Shown: piece after piece, positions 18,146 through 32,135 of the stretch
Position numbering within the stretch: position 1 is the stretch's first letter
Layout of the letters: the number at the start of each line of letters is the position of its first letter
Assembly: GCA_964490075.1 (NCBI GenBank)
Contig: CAZBBK010000012.1
Coordinates: 62,001-100,111 of the forward strand
DNA from: an uncultured Gemmatimonadota bacterium
Lineage (GTDB): Bacteria > GCA-2686955
Reading direction: 5' to 3'
Length of the DNA stretch: 38,111 nucleotides
Made by a program: the position numbers and the translations under genes
The notes under the pieces: model-generated
What the model was told of the DNA's origin: nothing
The model's database searches: none
What the model saw: the letters and a program-made list of their open reading frames with translations, nothing else

Positions 18146-19699
18146 GTGCGCCTGTTCGGAGCCCTTCTGCTCGCGGTGGTGGCGACCTGGCTCTTGCGAC
18201 GCCTGGTCTACGAGCGTCGCATCGGCGAGGCTGCGGCGCGGGCTCGGAGCCTGCTCGATGAAGCGCGGCTGGAGGCCGAGCGGAGCTCCGAGTCGGCGCG
18301 CGAACAGGCCCAGCGCGAGGTGCGGGCCCGGGCCTTCACCGAGGCCCAGAAGGCCGACGAGGAGTTGACGACCAGGCGCCGCGCGCTCGACCGCGAGGCG
18401 GAGCGCCTGGCGGCCCGCGAGGCCGAGATCGACAGCCGCGGCGACGTGCTCGATCGCAAGGCGACCCACGTCGAGCGCCGCGCCGACCAGCTGATCGAAC
18501 GAGCGCGCCAGCTCGACGATCGCGAGGCGCGCCTGGGCGAGATCGAGGAAGAGAAGCTGCGGCGCCTGGAGCAGCTCGGCGGGATGAGCCGCGACCAGGC
18601 GACCGAGGAGCTGCGCCGCAGCGTCGACGAAGAGGCCCGCGCGCGCGCCGAGCGAGAGGCGGAGCGGGTGATCCAGGAGGCCCGCGGCAACGCCGATCGC
18701 ACTGCTCGCGACATCGCGGCGGCCGCCATCCAGCGCTGCGCGGTGGAGCAGGTCAGCGAGTCGACCGTGACCCCGATCGAGCTGGCGAGCGAGGATCTCA
18801 AGGGTCGGATCATCGGCAAGGAGGGCCGCAACATCCGCGCCTTCGAGTTCGAGACCGGGGTCGACGTGATCATCGACGAGACCCCCGAGCGCGTTTTCCT
18901 CTCCTCCTTCGACCCCGAGCGCCGCGAGATCGCCCGGATGGCGCTCGAGCGCCTGCTGGCCGACGGCCGGGTGCACCCGGCGCGCATCGAAGAGGTGGTG
19001 GCCGACGTGCGGGGGGGCTTCGATCGACAGATCCGCGAGCTGGGCGAGGCCGCCGCCTTCGAGTGCGAGGTCTACGGTCTGGCCGAGGAGCTGGTGCCGC
19101 TGGTCGGGCGTCTGCGCTACCGCGCTCTGGGCGGCCAGAACCTGCTCACGCACAGCATCGAGGTCAGCCAGCTGGCCGGCGCGATGGCCCAGATGATCGA
19201 CGCCGACGAGGCCCTCGCGCGCCGCGCCGGGCTGCTGCACGAGATCGGCTGGGCGGTCAACGGCAAGACCTCCGGCGACCCGGCGCGAGCCACGCCCAAG
19301 CTGCTCGAGCGCCACGGCGAAACGCCCGCGTTGATCCAGGCGGCGCGCGGCGCGACTCGGCGGCGCCCGGCGCGCGGCGTCGAAGAGGCGCTGGTGGCGG
19401 CCGGCAACGAGATGTCGCAGTCGCGCCCCGGCGCCCGCCGCGAGCAGCTCAACCGCCACGTGCGGCGCTTGCACGCCATGGAGCGCGTCGCCGCCGAGAT
19501 CCCCGGAGTGATCACGGTGTACGCGCTCGAGGCCGGGCGCGACCTGGTGGTGATCGTCGATCCCGAACAGATGGACGACGTCGGCGCCTACGATCTCTCA
19601 CGCAAGATCTCCAAGAAGATCGAGCGGGAGCTGATGTATTCCGGCTCGATCCGCGTCACCGTCATCCGCCGGTCGCGGTGCAGCGCCCTGGCGCGCTGA
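18146..19699 (+). CDS. rny: Ribonuclease Y homolog with degenerate HD domain
   Basis: N-terminal TM, coiled coil, KH domain KGRIIGKEGRNIR, DGRVHPARIEE, RPGARRE, C-terminal KKIE.EL.YSG.IRVTVIR; lies between zapA and ymdB. Confidence 0.9.
   Translation: MRLFGALLLAVVATWLLRRLVYERRIGEAAARARSLLDEARLEAERSSESAREQAQREVRARAFTEAQKADEELTTRRRALDREAERLAAREAEIDSRGDVLDRKATHVERRADQLIERARQLDDREARLGEIEEEKLRRLEQLGGMSRDQATEELRRSVDEEARARAEREAERVIQEARGNADRTARDIAAAAIQRCAVEQVSESTVTPIELASEDLKGRIIGKEGRNIRAFEFETGVDVIIDETPERVFLSSFDPERREIARMALERLLADGRVHPARIEEVVADVRGGFDRQIRELGEAAAFECEVYGLAEELVPLVGRLRYRALGGQNLLTHSIEVSQLAGAMAQMIDADEALARRAGLLHEIGWAVNGKTSGDPARATPKLLERHGETPALIQAARGATRRRPARGVEEALVAAGNEMSQSRPGARREQLNRHVRRLHAMERVAAEIPGVITVYALEAGRDLVVIVDPEQMDDVGAYDLSRKISKKIERELMYSGSIRVTVIRRSRCSALAR
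19574..19699 (+). repeat. Direct repeat, left copy (3' 126 bp of rny)
   Basis: Near-identical to 21449-21577. Confidence 0.95.
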
Positions 19700-19769
19700 T
19701 CCGTGATCCACCACCCAATTCGCGATCGACAGTCGGCGGGAATTGGATCTCCAACGGCGGCGATTCGGG

Positions 19770-19862
19770 AAGACCGTACTCCCATGCACCCATGTCGACG
19801 CGGCCGCCGCGGGCGGAGAGCACCCTGACAGATGGCTCTCCAACGCCGATGCAGGCGGAGCC
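19770..19862 (-). pseudogene. Fragment resembling a choice-of-anchor Q motif
   Basis: Minus frame reads GSACIGVGEP..GGRVDMGAWEYG, matching the SPCIDAG..DMGAYE pattern; starts at the AbiEii breakpoint. Confidence 0.55.
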
Positions 19863-20457
19863 GGCCGCGTTCCAGGGCTCCCTTGGCCAGCATCTCCCGA
19901 GAGTCGAACAGATCTCGGCTCGCCGTCCTGCCGAAGAGCGCCGCAAGCTTGCCCGCCGCCAACTCGTGGGGGTCGAGCACAGGGACGTCGCCGACCGAGA
20001 ACGGGCCCACCGGACGGGACGCGCTGAGCGCATTACCCCACAGCGGTGTCCGGAGGATGAAGTTCACGTCTACCTCGAGCGAGCCGGGCCGGCCCGTCAC
20101 GATCGTATACGAGAGTCGCCACTTCCCACCGGCGTGGTCGGAGGGGACGCGCTTGATCTGGATGCCGAGCCGCCCGCAGACCGCCTCGATCGCCTGCTCG
20201 ACCTTTGGCCGCTCTGCGAGCATCGTCTCGCGGTGAGCCGTGCCGACGTAGTTCAGGTCGATGTCGACCGAGAGTCGGGGCAAGTCGAACACGAAGAGGT
20301 TGAGGGCGGTCCCTCCCTTCAGCACCACGCGGCCTTTGAGGAAGGGGTGACTGCGGAGCCCGTCGAGCAGCGCCAGCAGCCGCTCCACCTTTCCGAGGGA
20401 TTCGACATGGAACCCCGTATCGTTCGCCGCCCGGATGAGATCGGCTTCGGTCAGCAT
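19852..20457 (-). pseudogene. AbiEii/AbiGii nucleotidyltransferase toxin, C-terminally truncated
   Basis: LKGGTALNLF..RLSVDIDLNY, ELAAGKLAAL..R..SRDLFD; family-like sequence ends at about residue 202, then the frame runs through unrelated DNA antisense into rny (stop at 19588). Confidence 0.75.
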
Positions 20458-21257
20458 CAGAGCACCTCTTCCCAGGACCGTGAGAGAACCTGTTCGGGCA
20501 CGACTAGCTTCCAGCGAGGCACGAGCTTCCCCGGGAGGCGCCCGGGGTCGAAGTAGCGCGGACCGTTGGGGGCGAGCTTCGCGAGCCTGTCGAGGTGGGT
20601 CTCCTCCACCATCAGCGCTTCGCGGTGCTGCTCCAGGAAGAAACCGACCCGTGCGGCCGCGACGGCCGAGTCGAGCCTCTGTACGTAGTCGATGACGGCA
20701 TCGAGATCGAAGAACTCAACGAGCTCCAGCGAGCGCCAGATCTCCTCCCAGCCAGCGCCCTTGTCCGGTGCGTCGAGGACATCGACCAGCGCCCGCTCGA
20801 GGATCGTCACCCGCACGGTCCCTCCTGCGTGGCGTTGCTCGCGGATGCCACCACCGAGGCCGGGGGGGCTTCGCAGCGGCGCGGGCACCCGCACGGGCAC
20901 GAAGTCCGAACCGCGAAATGAGAACGGACGTGCCCGATCGCAGGTGAGGTAGTGAAAGCGCCGGGAGACGGAGTGGGCCTTGCCGTGAAACTGCAGTGCG
21001 GCGTGGTAGGCGACCACCGCGTCGTCGGCGAGCGCGGTTGCGAGAAGGTACGGATCCACGGGGGCGGTATGGGAGTCAGCCCCTCTCGAGACGGTGGCGT
21101 ACAGGCCGCGCCGGACCCTCAAGATGCGTCCGGCGGCGACGTGCTTTCGGAGCAGCGTGTTGCTCGTGTTGGCGCTCCGCCCGGTCGCGGTGTGCGCTGA
21201 CACGAACTCCCCATGGGTGAAAAGGGGGTGTCGGTCGAAGAACTCCATCGGGCGCAT
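20457..21257 (-). CDS. Type IV TA antitoxin, AbiEi family transcriptional regulator
   Basis: wHTH with RVRRGLY, AYHAALQFHG, VT.LERALVD; GGAG before ATG 21257; TGATG coupling to toxin. Confidence 0.85.
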   Translation of the reverse strand: MRPMEFFDRHPLFTHGEFVSAHTATGRSANTSNTLLRKHVAAGRILRVRRGLYATVSRGADSHTAPVDPYLLATALADDAVVAYHAALQFHGKAHSVSRRFHYLTCDRARPFSFRGSDFVPVRVPAPLRSPPGLGGGIREQRHAGGTVRVTILERALVDVLDAPDKGAGWEEIWRSLELVEFFDLDAVIDYVQRLDSAVAAARVGFFLEQHREALMVEETHLDRLAKLAPNGPRYFDPGRLPGKLVPRWKLVVPEQVLSRSWEEVL

Positions 21258-21340
21258 CGCTTGCTCTCCAGCGCAGATATCATGATCAACGGTGCTGCTT
21301 TCTGCGCGCCCAGGCAAGGCAATCCTTGCGTCAGGGCGCA

Positions 21341-21369
21341 GTTATATGGACCGGGAGTAATGATGTCTG
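21341..21369 (-). promoter_or_regulatory. Putative sigma70 promoter for abiE operon
   Basis: Minus strand CAGACA-N17-TATAAC. Confidence 0.55.
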
Positions 21370-21448
21370 CTCCGCTGAGCAAGTGTCGGATGGTGCCTGG
21401 CTGTTACTGCACCAGCGCGAAGAGGTCGTAGGTCAGCGTGACCGACTC

Positions 21449-21577
21449 GACGACGTCGGCGCCTACGATCTGTCGCGCAAGATCTCCAAGAAGATCGAGC
21501 GGGAGCTGATGTATTCTGGCTCGATTCGCGTCACCGCCACAATCCGCCGGTCGCGGTGCAGCGCCCTGGCGCGCTGA
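21449..21577 (+). repeat. Direct repeat, right copy (orphan rny 3' end)
   Basis: Differs from 19574-19699 by four synonymous changes plus GTC to GCCACA. Confidence 0.95.
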
Positions 21578-21604
21578 CCCGGCTCCCTTCCAGGGACGAT
21601 CCTC

Positions 21605-22414
21605 TTGCCCGCCGAAACGCTGAACCTCCTCTTCGTGGGCGACATCGTCGGAAGCCCGGGACGGAGGACCGCGCGCGAGCTGCTGCCCCGCCTGCGCAGC
21701 CGCCACCAGGTCGACGTGGTGGTCGCCAACGTCGAGAACTCGGCCGCCGGCTACGGTCTGACTTACCCCATCTTCGCCGAGTACGAGGCGATGGGGATCG
21801 ACATCATGACCAGCGGCAACCACATCTGGGACCGCAAGGAGATCCTCGGTTTCATCGATCGCGAGGAACGCCTCTTGCGCCCCCTGAACTACCCGCCCCC
21901 CTGTCCCGGCCGCGGCGTGGCGCGCATCCTGGTCGAGGGGCTCGAGCTGGTGGTCGTCAATCTCATGGGACGGGTCTTCATGACCCCCATCGACTGTCCC
22001 TTTCGGACCATCGACCGCGAGCTGGGCAAGCTGGTCGCCGAGCCGGGACGGCGCGCGATCGTGGTCGATTTCCACGCCGAGGCGACCTCCGAGAAGATGG
22101 CGATGGGGCAGCACCTCGACGGTCGCGTGGCGGCGATGGTCGGCACCCACACCCACGTCCAGACCGCCGACCAGCAGATCATGCCGGGCGGCACCGCCTA
22201 CGTCACCGACGTGGGCATGACCGGTCCCCGCAACTCGGTGATCGGCATGGAGTCGCGCCCCGCGCTCGAGCGCTTTCTGACCGCCCGCAGAGTGCGGCTG
22301 AAGCCGGCGGCCAAGGAGCTGCGCCTTTCCGGCGTGTTGCTGCGCTTCGATGCCGCGAGCGGCAAGGCCCGCTCGATCGAGCGCATCAGCCAGGGCCTGG
22401 AGGACGAAGACTGA
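21605..22414 (+). CDS. ymdB: YmdB/TIGR00282 metallophosphoesterase
   Basis: [44 protein letters not shown]. Confidence 0.93.
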   Translation: MPAETLNLLFVGDIVGSPGRRTARELLPRLRSRHQVDVVVANVENSAAGYGLTYPIFAEYEAMGIDIMTSGNHIWDRKEILGFIDREERLLRPLNYPPPCPGRGVARILVEGLELVVVNLMGRVFMTPIDCPFRTIDRELGKLVAEPGRRAIVVDFHAEATSEKMAMGQHLDGRVAAMVGTHTHVQTADQQIMPGGTAYVTDVGMTGPRNSVIGMESRPALERFLTARRVRLKPAAKELRLSGVLLRFDAASGKARSIERISQGLEDED

Positions 22415-22445
22415 GCGTCACGCGCGACAAGGGAGAACCAGGGCG

Positions 22446-23327
22446 ATGAGTGCCAAGATCATCGACGGCAAGGCAATCGCGGCGCGGGTCAAGGAGGAGC
22501 TGGCCGAGCGCGCCGAAGGCCTGCGGCGCAAGGGGGTCAGGCCGGCGCTGGCGGTGGTGCTGGTCGGCGACGATCCGGCCTCGGCCGTCTACGTACGCAA
22601 CAAGGCCAAGGCGGCCCACAAGATCGGAATCGAGGATCGGACCCTGCACCTGCCGGCCGACACGGCCCAGGATGAGCTGCTGGCCCGCATCGCCGAGCTG
22701 GTCGCCGATCCCGCACTGCACGGAATCCTGGTGCAGCTGCCGCTGCCGAAAGCGATCGACCCCGAGGCGGTGATCGCGGCGATCGACCCGGCCAAGGATG
22801 TGGACGCATTCCATCCCGAGAACGTGGGGCTGGTCTCGGCCGGACGACCGCGTTTTCTGCCCTGCACACCGGCCGGCGTGCGCGAGATCCTGCGCCGCGA
22901 GGCAATCCCGACCGCCGGGCGCCACGTGGTGATCGTCGGTCGCAGCGACATCGTCGGCCGCCCGCTGGCCAGCATGCTCTTGCAGCGCGGCGAGGCCGGC
23001 GACGCCACCGTGACCGTCTGCCATTCGCGCACTCCGGAGCTGGCCGAGCACACCCGCCGCGCCGACATCCTGGTCGCGGCGGTGGGCGTGCCGGAGCTGG
23101 TCCGCGGGGATATGATTCGCCCAGGCGCGGTCGTGATCGACGTCGGAGTCAACCGGGTCGACGACGACACCCGGCCGCGCGGCTATCGACTCGCCGGAGA
23201 CGTCGCCTTCGATGAGGCGCTGCGGCGCGCCTCGGCGATCACCCCGGTCCCCGGCGGGGTCGGCCCGATGACCATCGCCATGCTGCTGGCCAACACCATC
23301 TCGGCCGCCGAGAGAGCAAGACCATGA
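22446..23327 (+). CDS. folD: Methylenetetrahydrofolate dehydrogenase/cyclohydrolase
   Basis: [45 protein letters not shown]. Confidence 0.96.
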   Translation: MSAKIIDGKAIAARVKEELAERAEGLRRKGVRPALAVVLVGDDPASAVYVRNKAKAAHKIGIEDRTLHLPADTAQDELLARIAELVADPALHGILVQLPLPKAIDPEAVIAAIDPAKDVDAFHPENVGLVSAGRPRFLPCTPAGVREILRREAIPTAGRHVVIVGRSDIVGRPLASMLLQRGEAGDATVTVCHSRTPELAEHTRRADILVAAVGVPELVRGDMIRPGAVVIDVGVNRVDDDTRPRGYRLAGDVAFDEALRRASAITPVPGGVGPMTIAMLLANTISAAERARP

Positions 23328-24217
23328 CCGAAGACCGATCCACCACCGCCCTCGCCACCTACCTGAGCGACTGGGCCGCCCGCGTGCACGCCCGGCTCGA
23401 TCAGCTCCTCGCCGACGACGAGCTGCGCGTGCACCAGGCGATGCGCTACTCGGTCCTGGCGGGTGGCAAGCGGCTGCGGCCGGTGCTGGCGATCGCGGCC
23501 CACGAGGCGGTCGGCGGCGCGGGCGAGCAGGTGCTCGATCCGGCCTGCGCGCTCGAGCTGATCCACACCTATTCCCTGATCCACGACGATCTTCCGGCCA
23601 TGGACGACGCCGATCTCAGGCGCGCCAAGGCGACCAGTCACAAGGTCTACGGCGAGGCGATCGCGATCCTCGCCGGCGACGCCCTGCTGCCCCTGGCCTT
23701 CGAGATCATCGCCGCCACCGTCGACCGCTTCCCCGCCGAGCGGGTGGTGCGGGTGGTCGCCGAAGTGGCGCGGGCGGTCGGCCCCGGCGGCATGGTGGCC
23801 GGCCAGGATCTCGATCTCGACGCCGAGGGGCGGCGTGTCGATCGCCCCCACCTGGAGCGGATCCATCGCCTGAAGACCGGCGCACTGCTCGAGACCTCGT
23901 TGCGCCTGGGCGCCATCCTCGGCGGCGCCAACGACGACCAGCTGGCGCGGCTGACCCGCTACGGCTCCTCGATCGGACTGGCCTTCCAGGTGGTGGACGA
24001 TCTGCTCGACGTGCGCAGCGATGCCGCCACCCTGGGCAAGAACCCCACCGACGAGAGCAAGAGCAAGAGCACCTACCCGTCGATCCTCGGCGTCGAGGCA
24101 TCGCAGGCCCTGGCGCTGAAGCTGGTGCGCGACGCCCGGGGCGAGGTGACGGGAATGGGCCGGGCCGGCGAGATCCTTGGATCGCTGGCCGACTTCGTGG
24201 TCTCCAGGACCTCGTGA
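23324..24217 (+). CDS. ispA: Polyprenyl (farnesyl/geranylgeranyl) diphosphate synthase
   Basis: [39 protein letters not shown]. Confidence 0.92.
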   Translation: MTEDRSTTALATYLSDWAARVHARLDQLLADDELRVHQAMRYSVLAGGKRLRPVLAIAAHEAVGGAGEQVLDPACALELIHTYSLIHDDLPAMDDADLRRAKATSHKVYGEAIAILAGDALLPLAFEIIAATVDRFPAERVVRVVAEVARAVGPGGMVAGQDLDLDAEGRRVDRPHLERIHRLKTGALLETSLRLGAILGGANDDQLARLTRYGSSIGLAFQVVDDLLDVRSDAATLGKNPTDESKSKSTYPSILGVEASQALALKLVRDARGEVTGMGRAGEILGSLADFVVSRTS

Positions 24218-25085
24218 TGGATCCGCTGCGGCGTTTCGGCGTTTTCGTCAATCGCGACAAGCCCGGCTACCAGGAGGTGCTCGATGCGTTGCGCCGGGCG
24301 GCCGGCCGCGACGGCGCCGAGATCGTCTTCGAGGCCGACGCCGGCACCGACGTGCGCTTCGGCGACAGCTCCCATCACGGGGTGCCGGACGCCCTGATCT
24401 GTCTGGGTGGGGACGGCACCCTGCTGCACGCGGCACGCATCGGCGGTCCGCTCGGGCTGCCGCTCCTGGGCATCAACTTCGGGCGCCTGGGGTTCCTGAC
24501 CGAGGTGCAGGCCGACGAGGTGGACGCGACGATCGGGCGGCTCTGCGCCGGCGACTACCGGGTCGAGGAGCGCGGCGTGCTGCGCCTCGGAGCCTGGGAC
24601 GGCGACCAGACCCTGTGGCTGCACGACGGCCTCAACGAGACCCTGATCTCCGGGGCGCAGCCCGGCCGGATCACCGAGATCCGGGTGCTGATCGACGGCG
24701 AGCACCTGACCACCTTTCTCGCCGACGGGCTGATCGTCGCCACCCCGACCGGCTCCACCGCGCACTCCCTCTCCGCCGGCGGCCCGGTGGTCGAGCCGAC
24801 CATGGATGCGCTGGTGGTCCAGGCGCTTTGCCCCCATACCCTGGCGGTGCGTCCGCTGGTGATCTCCAGTGAGCGCTGTCTGACCATCGACGGCGGCGAG
24901 TCGAGCGACGATCTGGACGTTTCGGTCGACGGTCAGATCTCCGAGCGGATCGGCGCCGGCCAGGAGCTGCGCGTGGTCTGCGCCCCGTACCACGCTCGGA
25001 TTCTGCGCGTCACCTCCCGCAGCTTCTACTCGGTGCTGCGCAGCAAGCTCGGCTGGCGCGGCTCGGCCGCCTTCCGGGGGCGTTG

Positions 25086-25086
<1 letters not shown>
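24217..25086 (+). CDS. nadK: NAD kinase
   Basis: GGDGTLL, GRLGFL, NE, DGLIVATPTGSTA.SLSAGGP. Confidence 0.93.
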
Positions 25087-28780
<3,694 letters not shown>

Positions 28781-28792
28781 ACGAGGAGCCCC

Positions 28793-29671
28793 ATGTCTGA
28801 AAGGAACTCCGAGAGGAAGACCCCTTCGGCGGCATCCCGGCCGGACTTCGCCGAGCTCTTCCTGCGGCGCATCGAGGAGATCCCCACCCTGCCCCGCGTG
28901 GTGCTGCGGGTGGTGGAGCTCTGCAACGATCCGATGAGCACCATGGGGCAGTTCGACCAGGCCTTCGCATCCGACGCGGCGCTGGCCTCGCGGGTGCTGC
29001 GCCTGGTCAACTCCGGCTACTTCGCCCTGCCGCGACCGGTGTCGAGCATTTCGCGGGCGGTCACCTTCCTCGGCTTCACGGCGGTGCGCGCCGTCGCCCT
29101 CTCGGTCGGCGCCAACAAGGTCTTCCGGCCGGTGTTCGAAGCCAAGGAGTGGGAGGTGTTCTGGAACCACAGCGTCGCCACCTCCGAGACCGCGCGCCTG
29201 GTTTCGCACACCGTGCGCATCGGCTCCCCCGACGATGCGCAGGCGGCCGGCCTCTTCCACGACCTGGCGCGCTTCCTGGTGCCGGTCTTCTTCGCGGAGC
29301 AGGCGGCCGAGCTGCTGGAAGAGGGCGGTGGATTGGGCGATCCGGTGCGCGAGCGAGAGGTGCTCGGTACCGACCATGCCGAGCTCGGCGCGCTCCTGAT
29401 CGAGCGCTGGAGCCTGCCGCGCAGCGTGATCGACGGGATTCGCCACCACCACGGCGACGACCAGGCTCTGCGCTCCGATCCGACGGCGCTGGCGGTGCAC
29501 ATCGCCGAGCAGCTCACCTTCCAGTGGGGGCTGCCCTTCTGCGACCGGGGCGAGAGGCGCAAGCCGGCACCCGCCGCGCAACCGATCCTCGAAGCCTGGG
29601 CCGATCCGCTGGCGCGGCTCGAGGCGCAGGTGCGGGACCGCCTCGACCAGGCGCACGCGGTGCTCGGGTGA
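28793..29671 (+). CDS. HDOD domain signal transduction protein
   Basis: IPTLP, D.AL...VLRLVNS, A...LG, FW.HS, AGLFHDL, DHAELGA.L..WSLP, HH. Confidence 0.88.
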   Translation: MSERNSERKTPSAASRPDFAELFLRRIEEIPTLPRVVLRVVELCNDPMSTMGQFDQAFASDAALASRVLRLVNSGYFALPRPVSSISRAVTFLGFTAVRAVALSVGANKVFRPVFEAKEWEVFWNHSVATSETARLVSHTVRIGSPDDAQAAGLFHDLARFLVPVFFAEQAAELLEEGGGLGDPVREREVLGTDHAELGALLIERWSLPRSVIDGIRHHHGDDQALRSDPTALAVHIAEQLTFQWGLPFCDRGERRKPAPAAQPILEAWADPLARLEAQVRDRLDQAHAVLG

Positions 29672-29681
29672 GGGCGTGGCG

Positions 29682-31214
29682 ATGAAGAGCCCGGGGAGCG
29701 GAGAGGGTTCGGCGGCGGCCCCGGAGCCGCGGGGTGGCGATGGGGACCGATCCCCGCGACCGATCCCCCGCAGCGGCGCCGACTACGACCGACTGGTCGA
29801 GGCCTACGAGCAGATGTCGTCGGTCTTCGCCCTGGCCGAGCGGCTCTCGATGCGCCGCGAAGAGCCGGAGGTGGTCGAGGTGCTGCTGGAGCTGATCGGG
29901 CGCCTGGTCTCCTTCGACGACGTGGCGGTGCTCTGGCTCGACAACGAAGGGCGCGCCCTGGAACCGAGCTCCAGCTCCGACCCCGGGCCGCGGCTGCGCA
30001 AGGCGGTGCGCAAGGCGGTCGAGGACGGCTACATCCGCTGGGCGGTGGCGCGCGAGCGGGTGATCTCGGATCCCGACCCGGACGGCGAGGGCGCCTTCTT
30101 CTTCCTTCCTCTGGTGGGTCCCGGAGGCGGGCTCGGCATCGTCGCCATCGAGGTGCGCGGCGCCGCCGCCGAGCTGCACAAGTACCAGCTCGGAGCGCTG
30201 GCGCTCTTGATGAGCCACGGCGCCATCGCCATCGAGAACGCGCGTCTCTACCAGTCGGTGCAGGAGCAGTTCCGGGAGCTGGTGGTGCTCTCCGGCGACC
30301 TGGAGCGTTCGAAGGAGGATCTGTCGCGCTGGGGCGAGTACCTGGAGCGCCAGGTCGAGAGCCGCACGCGGGAGCTGCGCGATGCCCACAAAAAGCTGCA
30401 GGAGCAGCACGAGCAGCTGATCGAGGCGCACCGCGAGCAGGACCGCGCCAACGAGCGCCTGCTGGAGCTGGACCGCCTCAAGAGCGAGTTCCTGCAGACC
30501 GTCTCGCACGAGCTGAAGACCCCCCTGAACGCCATCATCGGCTACTCGGAGGTGCTGCTGGACGGCATCGCGGGCGGGCTCAGCCAACCTCAGGAGAACC
30601 ACACCCGCAAGATTAACCAGAGCGCTCGGCACCTCCTGGCGCTGATCGTCGAGCTGCTCGACCTGACCCGCATGGAGGCCGGCCGGGTGCGTCTGAACCG
30701 CTCGCGATTCGACATCGCACGAGCGATCTCCGCGGCGATGGCGGTCGTCACCCCCGCCGCCCACCAGCGCGCCGTCGATCTCAACTTCGTCCACGACGGC
30801 GATCCGGGGCAGCTCGACGCCGACGAGGCGAAGATCCGCCAGATCGCCATCAATCTGTTGCAGAACGCGGTGAACTACACCTCCGAGGGGGGCGACGTCA
30901 TCGTCGGCGTCGAGCGCACCGACTCGGTGTCGCCTGATGCGCCGCCGGTGACCGATGGACCGGTGGTGCGACTCTACGTATCCGACAACGGCCGCGGCGT
31001 CGCGCCGGAGGCCCAGGAGCGCATCTTCGACCGCTTCACGCGCCTCGATCCGACCGCCGGCGCCGGCACCGGTCTGGGTCTGGCGATCACCTGGCGCCTT
31101 GCCGAGCTGCACGGCGGACAGGTCTGGGTGATCTCACCGGGCGACCGGCCACCGGCCGGAAAGAAGGGCCCCGGCGCTACTTTCTATGTCGCGATCCCCT
31201 CCGGGGCTCAGTGA
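29682..31214 (+). CDS. GAF-domain sensor histidine kinase
   Basis: AIAIENARLY GAF end, coiled coil, SHELKTPLNAIIG H-box, NLLQNA, DNGRG, GTGLGL. Confidence 0.9.
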   Translation: MKSPGSGEGSAAAPEPRGGDGDRSPRPIPRSGADYDRLVEAYEQMSSVFALAERLSMRREEPEVVEVLLELIGRLVSFDDVAVLWLDNEGRALEPSSSSDPGPRLRKAVRKAVEDGYIRWAVARERVISDPDPDGEGAFFFLPLVGPGGGLGIVAIEVRGAAAELHKYQLGALALLMSHGAIAIENARLYQSVQEQFRELVVLSGDLERSKEDLSRWGEYLERQVESRTRELRDAHKKLQEQHEQLIEAHREQDRANERLLELDRLKSEFLQTVSHELKTPLNAIIGYSEVLLDGIAGGLSQPQENHTRKINQSARHLLALIVELLDLTRMEAGRVRLNRSRFDIARAISAAMAVVTPAAHQRAVDLNFVHDGDPGQLDADEAKIRQIAINLLQNAVNYTSEGGDVIVGVERTDSVSPDAPPVTDGPVVRLYVSDNGRGVAPEAQERIFDRFTRLDPTAGAGTGLGLAITWRLAELHGGQVWVISPGDRPPAGKKGPGATFYVAIPSGAQ

Positions 31215-31231
31215 TCGCGGTCGCGGTCCTC
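31169..31231 (+). repeat. 63-bp direct repeat, left copy (kinase 3' end plus convergent gene end)
   Basis: 58/63 identical to 32281-32343. Confidence 0.9.
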
Positions 31232-31443
31232 CGCCGCAAGTGCGCATCTTCGTCATGGCATTGGGATGGAGTGGGCGCGTTTTCTGCCGCGTTTCCTGGT
31301 CCGTCAGCGCCGATCGGGCCGCCCCGCTGGCCGCGCTCGTCGGTCGCGCCGCGCCGCTGGTGGTCCTGCTGGCGTTGGGCAATCCCGACCCCGCGCCCGC
31401 GCCCGATCGCGGTGCCGGAGGCCGCCAGATCACCCGGATCGAC

Positions 31444-31705
31444 GACACAAGGCCCGACTCCGCGACCAGAGGCGAGCGTCGCGACGCCTTTTCACGACGC
31501 GGCTCCCCGATCTCGGGCGAGAGTTGGGAGCTACGGCCCTATTCGCGCCGCAGCTCGGCACTCTCCGGCAAAAACGCCGAGCTACGACCGTATTCGCGTC
31601 GTGACTCGCGACTCTCGATCGAGATCGGGGAGTTGTGACGCGGTTGGCGCCGAGGCCGGTTCCGGGATCGATCGCGCCGCGGGCCGGAGCCGCGACCATT
31701 TCGGC
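31444..31705. repeat. 51-bp-period array (family A, copy 2)
   Basis: Colinear with 5928-6123 over 31444-31639; units at 31444, 31496, 31547, 31598; partial unit near 31686. Confidence 0.85.
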
Positions 31706-31758
31706 GCAGCGGCGAATCTGCCGGCGCGGCTGGTGGAGGCGCCGGAGAGTTCTATTTT

Positions 31759-31966
31759 GGTAGATTGGCGTTGGATCGGTCTGGATTCCGGCTTGCGCCG
31801 GAATGACGGGCAAGGAGGCGTCGACGGGTGGATCGATGGCTGCGTCTGCTTGCGGACGGGGTACACGACTCCGGCGAACGCGCCCGTGCAGGCAGCTCTC
31901 CTCATTCCTCCGCGACTCGTCGCGCTGCGTCTCGAGGCGCCGCCCACCTCTCGACGATCAGCCCCC
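31759..31966 (-). repeat. Family B repeat, copy 2 (inverted), with hairpin at 31782-31807
   Basis: Reverse complement aligns to 17007-17200. Confidence 0.8.
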
Positions 31967-31972
31967 TTTTTC

Positions 31973-31998
31973 GTCATTCCGGCGAAAGCCGGAATCCA
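31973..31998 (+). repeat. REP-like hairpin GTCATTCCGGCGAAAGCCGGAATCCA
   Basis: Identical to 17152-17177. Confidence 0.85.
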
Positions 31999-32048
31999 CG
32001 CCCCCCCCCGACGGCCCAAGCCGCGAGCGCCCGCCCAATTCCACTGAA

Positions 32049-32112
32049 GTAGAAATAGGCGTTGGTGCATCTGGCATGCCGGCGCACGCCGGAACGACGG
32101 GGATGGCGGCGG
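32049..32112 (-). repeat. Degenerate partial third copy of family B
   Basis: GTAGA..GGCGTTGG..TCTGG..CCGGC..CGCCGGAA.GACGGG resembles 31760-31820. Confidence 0.55.
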
Positions 32113-32135
32113 TGCGCGGATCCGAGAGCGGCTCC

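Larger units (their letters stand above)
19700..21448. mobile_element. Integrase-less islet inserted at rny 3' end, carrying AbiE TA genes
   Basis: Interrupts rny-ymdB synteny, genes on opposite strand, bounded by duplicated rny tail. Confidence 0.75.

Noticed and set aside
18136-18146. 6S RNA after zapA
   Set aside because: Only 9 bp separate zapA and rny; the 11.5-kb foldback lacks the central bubble expected for 6S.
21326-21577. 83-aa ORF ending like RNase Y
   Set aside because: Artefact of the duplicated rny tail; the upstream part is the abiE promoter antisense.
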